64,000 nucleotides of DNA from Deferribacterales bacterium (GTDB lineage: Bacteria > Chrysiogenota > Deferribacteres > Deferribacterales > Geovibrionaceae), in the NCBI GenBank assembly GCA_050253075.1, contig JBFWJS010000003.1, positions 373,458-437,457 on the forward strand, read 5' to 3'. The notes beneath the pieces are model-generated. The model saw only the letters and a list, made by a program, of their open reading frames with translations, was not told the DNA's origin and did not search any database. The position numbers and the translations under genes were made by a program. Each line of letters begins with the position of its first letter. Positions within the stretch are counted from its first letter, which is position 1. Below are positions 19,096-27,140 of this stretch, piece after piece.

Positions 19096-19982
19096 AGTAT
19101 AAAATCGGCAAAACACTCATCAACACATTCAGAATTGCAGTCGGTGCGGATATTTCCGCTCTTTTCACAAGGAGAGCAGGGGAGGTTGCTTTGTACCGTG
19201 ACGGCATTTGTATTCATCGGCAGGACTATCTGCGGGTCTGTGGCGGTGAATATGCCTATGGTCTTTGTATCTGTGCATAAAGCCAGATGCAGAAGCCCGC
19301 TGTCGTTCCCTATGAAGAGCTTTGCGCCGTTTATGATGTGATAGGCATCGTCCAGAGATGTCTTGCCGCACAGGTCTGTTATGCCTGTCCCTGTGATTTT
19401 CGGCGAGTCCTCCTCAGTGCCTATCAGCACTATGTTACCGCTCAGTCTATTTATCAGTTCTGCATATCCTTTCCATCTTCTCTGCGGTGTGCTTTGCTTC
19501 GTATTTTGTCCGCCTCCGCAGGCTATGCATATGTATTCATCAGGCAGTGTGTGGCTGCACTCATTTTGCGGGTGGTATTCAGGCTTTGCACTGCCGGATA
19601 CGTTCATGCATGCCATTGCTCTTTCGTATCTGTTCCCTTCGCTGCGGAGAGTATATTTTTCCATAATTCCTGCAATGTCGGCAACGAGCTCCCATTTGCT
19701 GTCTTCGTGCATTATGAAGCATTTATCGAGCTTTCGCATAGTATAGGCAAGTTTGAGCGTTTCGATCGTTTTAGAGGCTGAGGAGCCTTGATATATAGTC
19801 GTGTCGCTGAAGGTTATGATGTCGGATATGTATGGGTTGGCTCTAAGGACGTGTGCATAGGTATCACCGCATATAAGAGTGAGTTTTTCATCAGGGTGCG
19901 TTTCTGCGTATAGCTTTATAGCGGGGGTGATGGAGATAAGGTCGCCTATTGCTCCTGCCCGCAGGATGCCTGTGTTTATCAT
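19059..19982 (-). CDS. glycosyltransferase family 9 (heptosyltransferase-like)
   Basis: GAIGDL, DLCGKTSL, FIGNDSGLLHLA, CSPC. Confidence 0.9.
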   Translation of the reverse strand: MINTGILRAGAIGDLISITPAIKLYAETHPDEKLTLICGDTYAHVLRANPYISDIITFSDTTIYQGSSASKTIETLKLAYTMRKLDKCFIMHEDSKWELVADIAGIMEKYTLRSEGNRYERAMACMNVSGSAKPEYHPQNECSHTLPDEYICIACGGGQNTKQSTPQRRWKGYAELINRLSGNIVLIGTEEDSPKITGTGITDLCGKTSLDDAYHIINGAKLFIGNDSGLLHLALCTDTKTIGIFTATDPQIVLPMNTNAVTVQSNLPCSPCEKSGNIRTDCNSECVDECFADFILYSEKSGSLSNF

Positions 19983-20149
19983 AGGACGATATTATATTAT
20001 CTGAGTGTGTTTAGACCAGTAAAAAGAGCGGAGTTAGATTAGAGAAGTAAGGCCTTAGAGGGATTTAGACCTGTACTGTCACTGTTCCTGAAACAAATAA
20101 ACCGGAGCCGTTTCCAGCCCCGGTCTTTTATTATATATAATCAGGAATA

Positions 20150-20419
20150 TTAGGCAGTTTTTACAGCATTAAGTCTGAGAGTCAGTCTGGAAACTCTTCT
20201 GGAAGCTTGAGCTTTGTGTATAACGCCTTTCTGGCCAGTTTTAGCAACTGCCTTTACAGCGTCAGTGTAAGCCTTTTCTGCTGCTGCTACATCGTTAGCG
20301 TCAGCTGCTGCGTAGAACTTCTTAACGAGAGTTCTCATCTTAGATTTGTAAGCCTTGTTCCTGAGATTCCTTTTTTCACTTTGACGTATTCTCTTGTTTG
20401 CAGAGAGCGTATGAGCCAC
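20150..20419 (-). CDS. rpsT: 30S ribosomal protein S20
   Basis: SANKRIRQSEKRNLRN, KGVIHK..ASRRVSRL; GTG start. Confidence 0.97.
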   Translation of the reverse strand: MAHTLSANKRIRQSEKRNLRNKAYKSKMRTLVKKFYAAADANDVAAAEKAYTDAVKAVAKTGQKGVIHKAQASRRVSRLTLRLNAVKTA

Positions 20420-20573
20420 TTCTTCACCTCGTATATTTTTGTGAGCAGTAGAGACTACCAGAAAGGGGTATGCCTGTCAAGAGGGTAAGTGCAAATTTTT
20501 GTACTTAATATACCTTGCTATAAGGCTGTCCTAATGCTAAATTTCATGAAAAATATATACTGGGAAGTTTAAA

Positions 20574-20903
20574 ATGAAAAGAACATTTATTCTGATGGCT
20601 GTACCTTTTTTTATGATCTCCTGCGGGGGTAATACAGCACAAAGTGTACAGGCGCCGGATGTAGCTGCTTATCAGGCTGTAGAGCTCACTTCCAAGAGCA
20701 ATTCAGACCGTATACTCACACTCGAGCGTGAGCTGGATACAGCGAAAAAAGATATAGCAACACTTCAGGTGCAGAACAGACAGCTTGCAGACAGCTATGA
20801 CGGCATGGTAGAGCTCTTTAAAGAGCACAGGAATCTGACGCTGAAACTCATTCAGCAGATGATGCAGGTAACTCCTCCTGCGGCGGAAGAAGAGCAGAAA
20901 TAA
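20574..20903 (+). CDS. coiled-coil lipoprotein
   Basis: signal peptide with MISC lipobox. Confidence 0.7.
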   Translation: MKRTFILMAVPFFMISCGGNTAQSVQAPDVAAYQAVELTSKSNSDRILTLERELDTAKKDIATLQVQNRQLADSYDGMVELFKEHRNLTLKLIQQMMQVTPPAAEEEQK

Positions 20904-20942
20904 ACGCCCGTTAAAGCAAGATGTGGATTCTATAGTCTGATA

Positions 20943-21069
20943 CGTCACTGCGAAGCATACGGGGCTGTGGCACCGGCTGAAAGCTGTACGAATCCATGAA
21001 CGGTAATCAACGAGCTGGTCTTGAGGATATCTTTACGCTAAGATTGCTTCATGTTCGTTAACAATGACG
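20943..21069. repeat. degenerate REP-like element
   Basis: CGTCACTGCGAAG...AGATTGCTTC...CAATGACG ends. Confidence 0.55.
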
Positions 21070-21080
21070 AATGACGACAT

Positions 21081-21112
21081 AAAAAAAGGCGTATGCTGCT
21101 GCATACGCCTTT
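21081..21112. terminator. bidirectional intrinsic terminator
   Basis: A-run, AAAGGCGTATGC-TGCT-GCATACGCCTTT. Confidence 0.85.
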
Positions 21113-21138
21113 ATTATTTTATGACCAAATGTTAAATC

Positions 21139-21468
21139 TTAACCACAAGTCTCAGGCTGATCTGAGTCAGCAGCGTGATCGAAGAGATATCTGAAAACAT
21201 CCTGCATGTCTTCTTGAGACTGGATGCCTTCCCATTTACCGCCGCAAGGAAGTTTTGCTGGGTTTGTGAATGCATCTTTCCACTGAGCCTGTGTGCGAGT
21301 AGCAGCACCAGCTTTAGCGCTGAGTTTTGTACCGTCTGCACATTTTGTGTGGTATCTTTTCCAAAGTCTTTTACCTTTTCTACCGTCACCAGCGTTGAAA
21401 TCCATAGCGAACACGTTTGTAGCCATGAAAACAACAGCGAGTACAACAAGCATAGCTTTCTTGAACAT
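21139..21468 (-). CDS. secreted cytochrome c-family-like protein lacking CxxCH
   Basis: Sec signal (VFA); GD.RKGK, TQAQW, YLFDHAADSDQPETC; 3 Cys, no CxxCH. Confidence 0.7.
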   Translation of the reverse strand: MFKKAMLVVLAVVFMATNVFAMDFNAGDGRKGKRLWKRYHTKCADGTKLSAKAGAATRTQAQWKDAFTNPAKLPCGGKWEGIQSQEDMQDVFRYLFDHAADSDQPETCG

Positions 21469-21554
21469 ATCAACTCTCCTTACTAAAACCAAATTAAATT
21501 GGTGTTTGTTTGAGGGTAATGTAGCACCTGATTTTTTTTATTTCAAGGGATTTT

Positions 21555-21570
21555 TGTATATTGTATACAA
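21555..21570 (-). promoter_or_regulatory. GTATAC operator next to a sigma70 promoter
   Basis: minus strand TTGTATACAATATACA, 8 bp upstream of TTGAAA-N17-TACATT. Confidence 0.7.
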
Positions 21571-21721
21571 TTTTCTGTATATTTTATTATTGGAGTATAT
21601 GTGTGTAAATATTAAATTGTTAGCATTGGATTTTTCGACTAAAATTATCCAGATTTCAGTAAACCTTGCTATGACAATAATGTAAAATAAGACAGAAAAT
21701 GTATCTTTCAGTTAGATTCCT

Positions 21722-21751
21722 TTGACAACGTGTAATTATTCACGGTATCTT
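21722..21751 (+). promoter_or_regulatory. sigma70 promoter with Rex-like palindrome in the spacer
   Basis: TTGACA-N18-TATCTT enclosing CGTG-TAATTATT-CACG. Confidence 0.5.
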
Positions 21752-21783
21752 TAATTATTGCATGCTAGATTGTGGAGGCGCAT

Positions 21784-22371
21784 ATGAAAAACGCAAAGTA
21801 TTTTGTATTATTTGCAGCATTGGTTCTAATCATTACAGTGCCTGTTGTGGGATTTTCTGAGGCTTCTGTTTCGGACGGGGAGAGGCTTGGCAAGACCTGT
21901 GCAGGCTGTCACGGAACATTCGGCAACACACCCGGTGAATATATCGGCAAGATCGGCGGACAGGGTGAAGCATATCTTTCGAAAGTCCTTAAAAGTTTTG
22001 CCGCAGGTGAAAGACCCGGCTCTATCGAAATGTCCATTATGGCTAAGGGCTATCAGACAGAACAGCTCGAATCCATCGCAATGTATTATGCCGCTCAGAA
22101 GTGGGTGAGCTCTACTAATGAAGTGGACGCTGCCAAAGCTGAAATGGGCGGAGCAATCTCTGCGGAGAACGGCTGCCTTGACTGTCACGGCGCAAACGGT
22201 GTCGGCATGGACGAATACCCTCGTATCGGTGGACAAAACAAAGGCTACCTCTTTGAGGTGCTTAAGCGCTACCGTGCAGGCCAGATAAAAGCTGACGAGA
22301 TGAACATGGTCGCAGATTTCAGTGACGAACAGCTCGAAGCTCTCGCAAACTATCTGACAAGTCTTAAGTAA
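21784..22371 (+). CDS. diheme c-type cytochrome (FccA-like subunit)
   Basis: signal peptide; CAGCH and CLDCH with distal Met residues. Confidence 0.88.
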   Translation: MKNAKYFVLFAALVLIITVPVVGFSEASVSDGERLGKTCAGCHGTFGNTPGEYIGKIGGQGEAYLSKVLKSFAAGERPGSIEMSIMAKGYQTEQLESIAMYYAAQKWVSSTNEVDAAKAEMGGAISAENGCLDCHGANGVGMDEYPRIGGQNKGYLFEVLKRYRAGQIKADEMNMVADFSDEQLEALANYLTSLK

Positions 22372-22383
22372 GAGGGGGATAAT

Positions 22384-23691
22384 ATGAGCATTTCCAGAAG
22401 AGATTTCATAAAATATACATCTGCCGCTGTTGCAGGCAGTGCTGTTTTCGGCTGTAAAAAGTCTGCTGACGAAGCGACTGCAAAGTCGACAGGTATCATC
22501 ATGCCCAAGACAGGTAAGAGGATTGTTGTCCTCGGCGGAGGGTGGGGCGGTGCTACCGCTGCCAAATATATAAAGCTGGAGGATCCGTCCATAGATGTTG
22601 TTATGGTTGAAAGACAGGAGAAGTTCATCTCCTGCCCTGTGAGCAACTGGGTAATCGGTGGATTTCGTAAAATGTCCGACATCACACTCGGCTATGAGCA
22701 GCTCGCAAAGAATTACGGTGTTAAAATACTCACCACCGAAGCTAGAGAGCTTGATGTCGAAGGCAAAAAGCTGAAAACAGACGCAGGTATCCTTGAGTAC
22801 GACCTTATACTCGTTTCACCGGGTATCTCATATAAATATGAGATGATCGAAGGGCTGAACAATCCTGAGGCCATAAAGATGTTCCCTGCTGCTATGAAGG
22901 CAGGTGTTGAGACAGTTATCCTTGCGGAGAAGCTGGCCGCAATGAAACCCGGCGGGTCTGTGCTTGTTGCCGTACCGCCGAAGCCTTACAGATGCCCTCC
23001 CGGACCTTACGAAAGAGTCTCGCTCATTGCGAACTATCTTAAAAAGAATAAGCCCGGGTCTAAGCTCTTTGTATTCGACTCCAACGATGATGTCGTTTCC
23101 AAAGGGCCTCTTTTCAAAGCTGCGTGGAAGGACTATTACAGTGACATTATAGAATATGTACCTGACAACTTTATCAAGTCTGTAGACGCTGCCACCGGCA
23201 AGATAGTTTCCGAACAGGGTGAGATAACCCCTGATGTGGCAAACATCATCCCCGCTATGAAGGCAAACCAGACAGCATTCGACCTCGGTCTTATGGATAA
23301 AGAGGACGATGACTGGGTTAGGGCTTATCCTAAGACTTTCGAGTCCTATAAATACGACACGGTACATGTTATCGGTGATGCGACACACAACGGAGCAGTG
23401 GGCGGCGTGCCTAAATCAGGCTATGTGGCAAACTCCATGGCAAAGGTTGCTGCGGTTCAGATGGTTAAAAAGCTGAACGGACAGGAATACATCGACCCTA
23501 CATATGTAAACACATGTTACTCTCTCGTTAATGAAGAAGAGGGAATATTCGTATCCGCAGTTTACTATTATGACCCTGCGATCGACAGAATCAGGTCACT
23601 TTCCGGTGGAGTTTCACCCACAAGAAATGCTCTTTTCGGAAAGCATGCTCAGGATTGGGCTACAAGCATATGGAGTGACATGCTCATTTAG
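22384..23691 (+). CDS. fccB: flavocytochrome c sulfide dehydrogenase flavoprotein (FccB/SoxF family)
   Basis: Tat SRRDFIK; GGGWGG; YRCPPGPYER; PKSGY.ANS.AK; NTCYSL. Confidence 0.88.
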   Translation: MSISRRDFIKYTSAAVAGSAVFGCKKSADEATAKSTGIIMPKTGKRIVVLGGGWGGATAAKYIKLEDPSIDVVMVERQEKFISCPVSNWVIGGFRKMSDITLGYEQLAKNYGVKILTTEARELDVEGKKLKTDAGILEYDLILVSPGISYKYEMIEGLNNPEAIKMFPAAMKAGVETVILAEKLAAMKPGGSVLVAVPPKPYRCPPGPYERVSLIANYLKKNKPGSKLFVFDSNDDVVSKGPLFKAAWKDYYSDIIEYVPDNFIKSVDAATGKIVSEQGEITPDVANIIPAMKANQTAFDLGLMDKEDDDWVRAYPKTFESYKYDTVHVIGDATHNGAVGGVPKSGYVANSMAKVAAVQMVKKLNGQEYIDPTYVNTCYSLVNEEEGIFVSAVYYYDPAIDRIRSLSGGVSPTRNALFGKHAQDWATSIWSDMLI

Positions 23692-23722
23692 TATCGATAA
23701 TTGTTCTTTATTATTAGATATT

Positions 23723-23755
23723 AAGAGAGGAGGCAAAATGTCTCCTCTCTTTTTT
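23723..23755 (+). terminator. intrinsic terminator after fccB
   Basis: AAGAGAGGAGGC-AAAAT-GTCTCCTCTCTT plus T-run. Confidence 0.85.
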
Positions 23756-23756
23756 A

Positions 23757-23772
23757 TTGTATACAATATACA
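23757..23772 (+). promoter_or_regulatory. GTATAC operator
   Basis: TTGTATACAATATACA, exact reverse complement of 21555-21570. Confidence 0.7.
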
Positions 23773-23858
23773 TTTTTCGCTCAAAATCCCTTTACAAATC
23801 TTTTAAAAAAAAATATATTCAGTAAAGATAACAGATTAGTGCGGACAGGTTTATTGTA

Positions 23859-24554
23859 ATGTTTATATATACTGATTTTAAAATGAACGTGATCGAAAAA
23901 AAGTTTGACGAGGCAAAGGCTTTGCTTGCTGATGTTCAGGTGGATGCAGAGACCTTCAGTGCCCTCTCAAATGTCTCCATGTTCCTGTCTCTTGTATTCA
24001 GATATCCTGACGACGACATTTATGACACACTTTCAGATAACTTTGACGCATTTAAAGACTTTATTTCAGATTATTCAGATGTTAATCCTGCCCTTTATGA
24101 TCAGACAGAGATGGAAAGCGACTACATTATGCTTTTCGAGCAGGATATGAATCACAAGCCCGTTGTTCCATATATCTCATACTTTACAGAAGAAAACAAA
24201 ATGCTCTATGGCAAGAGTACTTTCAAGATAAGAGAATGGATGGCTAGCGAGGGTTTCGCCCTTGAGAGTGACGTGACAGAGCTCGAAGACCACATCTATA
24301 TTGTGCTCGAGTTTATGTCTATGGTCTTTAGAAATCTCTCTGAGCCTGAAAATATCGAGAAGTGGTATGCGTCTCTGCATAACATTTATAATCTTCTTGA
24401 TAACTACGGTCCTGTAATAGCAAACGACTTCGCCTCTGCTGTTGCCGAGCGTGATGATAAGCCATTTTACAGAGACTTTGCCAAGATCCTTTCTGCTTTT
24501 GTTAAAGATATAGATCCTATCCTGGAGGACATCTTTACAGGAAGCGGAGAGTAA
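23859..24554 (+). CDS. TorD/DmsD-family molybdoenzyme maturation chaperone
   Basis: Y..LF....PY.SYF, ELEDHI...LEFM. Confidence 0.85.
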   Translation: MFIYTDFKMNVIEKKFDEAKALLADVQVDAETFSALSNVSMFLSLVFRYPDDDIYDTLSDNFDAFKDFISDYSDVNPALYDQTEMESDYIMLFEQDMNHKPVVPYISYFTEENKMLYGKSTFKIREWMASEGFALESDVTELEDHIYIVLEFMSMVFRNLSEPENIEKWYASLHNIYNLLDNYGPVIANDFASAVAERDDKPFYRDFAKILSAFVKDIDPILEDIFTGSGE

Positions 24555-24658
24555 GTAAGGACACATTAGAGGACAAATCTCAACGGCCCTCTATAAGCTC
24601 GTTTATCACTGTACATACAGGCAGTGCATAGACCCATATAAATACTAAGGAGTATTGT

Positions 24659-26482
24659 ATGAAGAAAATTGTATCTTTGATTCTTCTGGTTCTGTTCCCT
24701 GCATCTTTTGCATTTGCAGCGGACGTCACTCTTGAAGAACTGAAATCCCAGATTTCCTCTCTTCAGGATGAAGTACTTAAAATGTCTCGTCGCGTAGACA
24801 AAAACGAAGTTCACCGTATTAAAGATAAAGTTGATATCGGTGTAGAGCTTCGCTCCAGAGTCGACAGCATCTCTTATGATGACATGCTTGGACTTCCCGC
24901 TATGGCTAACGACATGATGGGGCTCTGGCTGAGAGACTATCTTGTTAACGATTCCGGTCCTGTTAATGACTGGGATGTTGACGGTGATGGTTTTAACGAT
25001 GCTTTTATGGCTACATACGGTGCTGATATGCAGGCACTTCTTATGCCTATGGCTCAGCAGATGGTTGCAGCAGATCCAACTATGGATATTAACACTGCTA
25101 TGAATGCTCTTTTCGGTGAGATGTATCAGATATTTGACTCAAATACCGTAACAAGCAGCCAGGCTGCAATGATGAAGGGCCTCTTCAACTCCATGAAGCC
25201 ACGCAAGTATGACCACAACAACAGCTCTATCTTTACAAACAAATTTAGAATTCGTCTTAACAGCTCTGTAAACGAGAACCTTTCTTTTACAGGTCGTCTT
25301 GCTATGTACAAAGTATGGGGCGATGCTACTGATGTTAGATGGAATAACGGTCAGTTTAACTCTATGTATCTCGATGGTAACGCTGCTGCTGTTCCTACAG
25401 ATGATAAAATCCACGTTGAAAGAGCTTACTTTGTTTACAAAAATGAGCTCGGTCCGGTAGACTGGCACCTTTCTCTTGGTAGAAGACCTTCTGCTTACGG
25501 CCCTGGTAAAGAAAGCTCTGAGTACTCCGGTCTCGGTGGTTCTCCTCTTGCTTCTATCATCCAGTGGAACTTCGACGGTGCTTCTCTCCAGTTCAACTTT
25601 GAGAACGTTTTCGAATTCCTTCCAGGTTCTTTCTTTAAAATCTGCTACGGTAGAGGATATGAATCTGATTGGGGCTCAAGCAACGCTTATGCTTCAAACA
25701 ACGGTCTTATCGCTACACCTGACGTAGACGACGTTGACCTTCTTGGTTTCATCGTTAAGTTCTACGATGATGATCAGTATAAATTCTGGTACAACTATTC
25801 TAGAGGCTTCGGTATGACTGACGGCTTCACAGGCGCAGTTGTTATGCCTTACGCTATCACAGGTATGGATTACAACCTTGACGGTCAATACGACGAATAT
25901 CAGTTTGATATGAACTCTTTCGGCTCTGCATCCAGAGTGGAAGCTACATCTAAAGTGGGTGACATGGAATGGCACTCTTTCATGGCTCAGGGTGAGACAT
26001 TCGGTTTTAACTGGTTTGCTTCTTACTCTCTGTCTAAATCTCACCCAGACGGTCAGTCTGCAAGTGCTATGTATCAGTTCATGGATATGGACAGAATGCT
26101 CGGCTCTAGAGACAGTGAGACAGGTCACAGTGTTTGGGTAGGTGTTATGACTCCTGAACTTCCATTTACAGGCGGTAAACTCGGATTCGAGTACAACCAA
26201 GGTTCTAAGTACTGGGTTGGTATGACAGGTGCTGAAGATGACCTCGTAGGCTCTAAAATCGCTGTTCGCGGTAAAGTTTACGACCTCTACTACCACCAGC
26301 CAATCGTGTCTGACAGACTGTTCATGACAGTTGGCTACCAGCACTTCGACTACGAATACACAGGCTCAGGTTCTTACCTTGGCGCTCCTGTGAAGATCGA
26401 AGACGCTACAGCTATGAACACTATGACAGCTGTTGCAGATAAAGTAGATAAATTCTACGCTTCTATGACATACAGATACTAA
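24659..26482 (+). CDS. DUF3373-type outer-membrane beta-barrel protein
   Basis: signal peptide, N-terminal coiled coil, GRLAMYKVWGD, VERAYF, SLGRRPS..G, G.EYNQGSKYW, C-terminal YRY. Confidence 0.8.
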   Translation: MKKIVSLILLVLFPASFAFAADVTLEELKSQISSLQDEVLKMSRRVDKNEVHRIKDKVDIGVELRSRVDSISYDDMLGLPAMANDMMGLWLRDYLVNDSGPVNDWDVDGDGFNDAFMATYGADMQALLMPMAQQMVAADPTMDINTAMNALFGEMYQIFDSNTVTSSQAAMMKGLFNSMKPRKYDHNNSSIFTNKFRIRLNSSVNENLSFTGRLAMYKVWGDATDVRWNNGQFNSMYLDGNAAAVPTDDKIHVERAYFVYKNELGPVDWHLSLGRRPSAYGPGKESSEYSGLGGSPLASIIQWNFDGASLQFNFENVFEFLPGSFFKICYGRGYESDWGSSNAYASNNGLIATPDVDDVDLLGFIVKFYDDDQYKFWYNYSRGFGMTDGFTGAVVMPYAITGMDYNLDGQYDEYQFDMNSFGSASRVEATSKVGDMEWHSFMAQGETFGFNWFASYSLSKSHPDGQSASAMYQFMDMDRMLGSRDSETGHSVWVGVMTPELPFTGGKLGFEYNQGSKYWVGMTGAEDDLVGSKIAVRGKVYDLYYHQPIVSDRLFMTVGYQHFDYEYTGSGSYLGAPVKIEDATAMNTMTAVADKVDKFYASMTYRY

Positions 26483-26508
26483 TCTGTACCTTAGAAGTTA
26501 ACATATTC

Positions 26509-26538
26509 AAAAGAGCAGCTCTCAGGGGCTGCTCTTTT
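26509..26538 (+). terminator. intrinsic terminator
   Basis: AAAAGAGCAGCTC-TCAG-GGGCTGCTCTTTT. Confidence 0.85.
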
Positions 26539-27032
26539 AATTTCAGGCAGTAGTTTTACGTTTAGAAAGAGATTTGTGTTTCGATCAATCTAAGGTGTTT
26601 TAAAAGCCGTTTTCCGGCTCCTGTTATACCTTAATATATATACTCATCTGAAAAGCTCTTTTGTGCCTGTTTAAATATTGGCATTTTGCTTGGGATGGCA
26701 GTGTGGTTTTGGTATCGGGTTTAGACAATAATCGCATTAAAAATATCATCATAAGGTGTGTATCTTTTTTATATTTTTTCTGCTTTTGAAACAGAAATCT
26801 TCTAATTTCCATATATATGATTTTATACATAAATAGTGTTATTATAAAGTCATGTTGTGCATAAAGAATTAAGAAATAAAACTCGTTTCACTGGTGGAAT
26901 TACCTAGTAAGTTAGTAGTAATAACTAACTTTTGAAAATGAGTAGAAATATTCTTTAACTACAGTAATATATGTAAAATTGAAAGTATAGAAAACATAGT
27001 TATAAAATCCGAGTTCAGGCAGAAAAAACTGC

Positions 27033-27076
27033 TTGCATTACAACCATATGCTATGTATATTGTATACCGTATACAA
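27033..27076 (+). promoter_or_regulatory. sigma70 promoter overlapped by three GTATA(C/T) heptads
   Basis: TTGCAT-N17-TATATT; TGTATAT TGTATAC CGTATAC AA at 27054-27076. Confidence 0.65.
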
Positions 27077-27140
27077 AAACTGAACTGGCAAAAGTTTGTA
27101 AATAACTGATGATGTTATTGAAATACTAGGAGGTCCCTAT

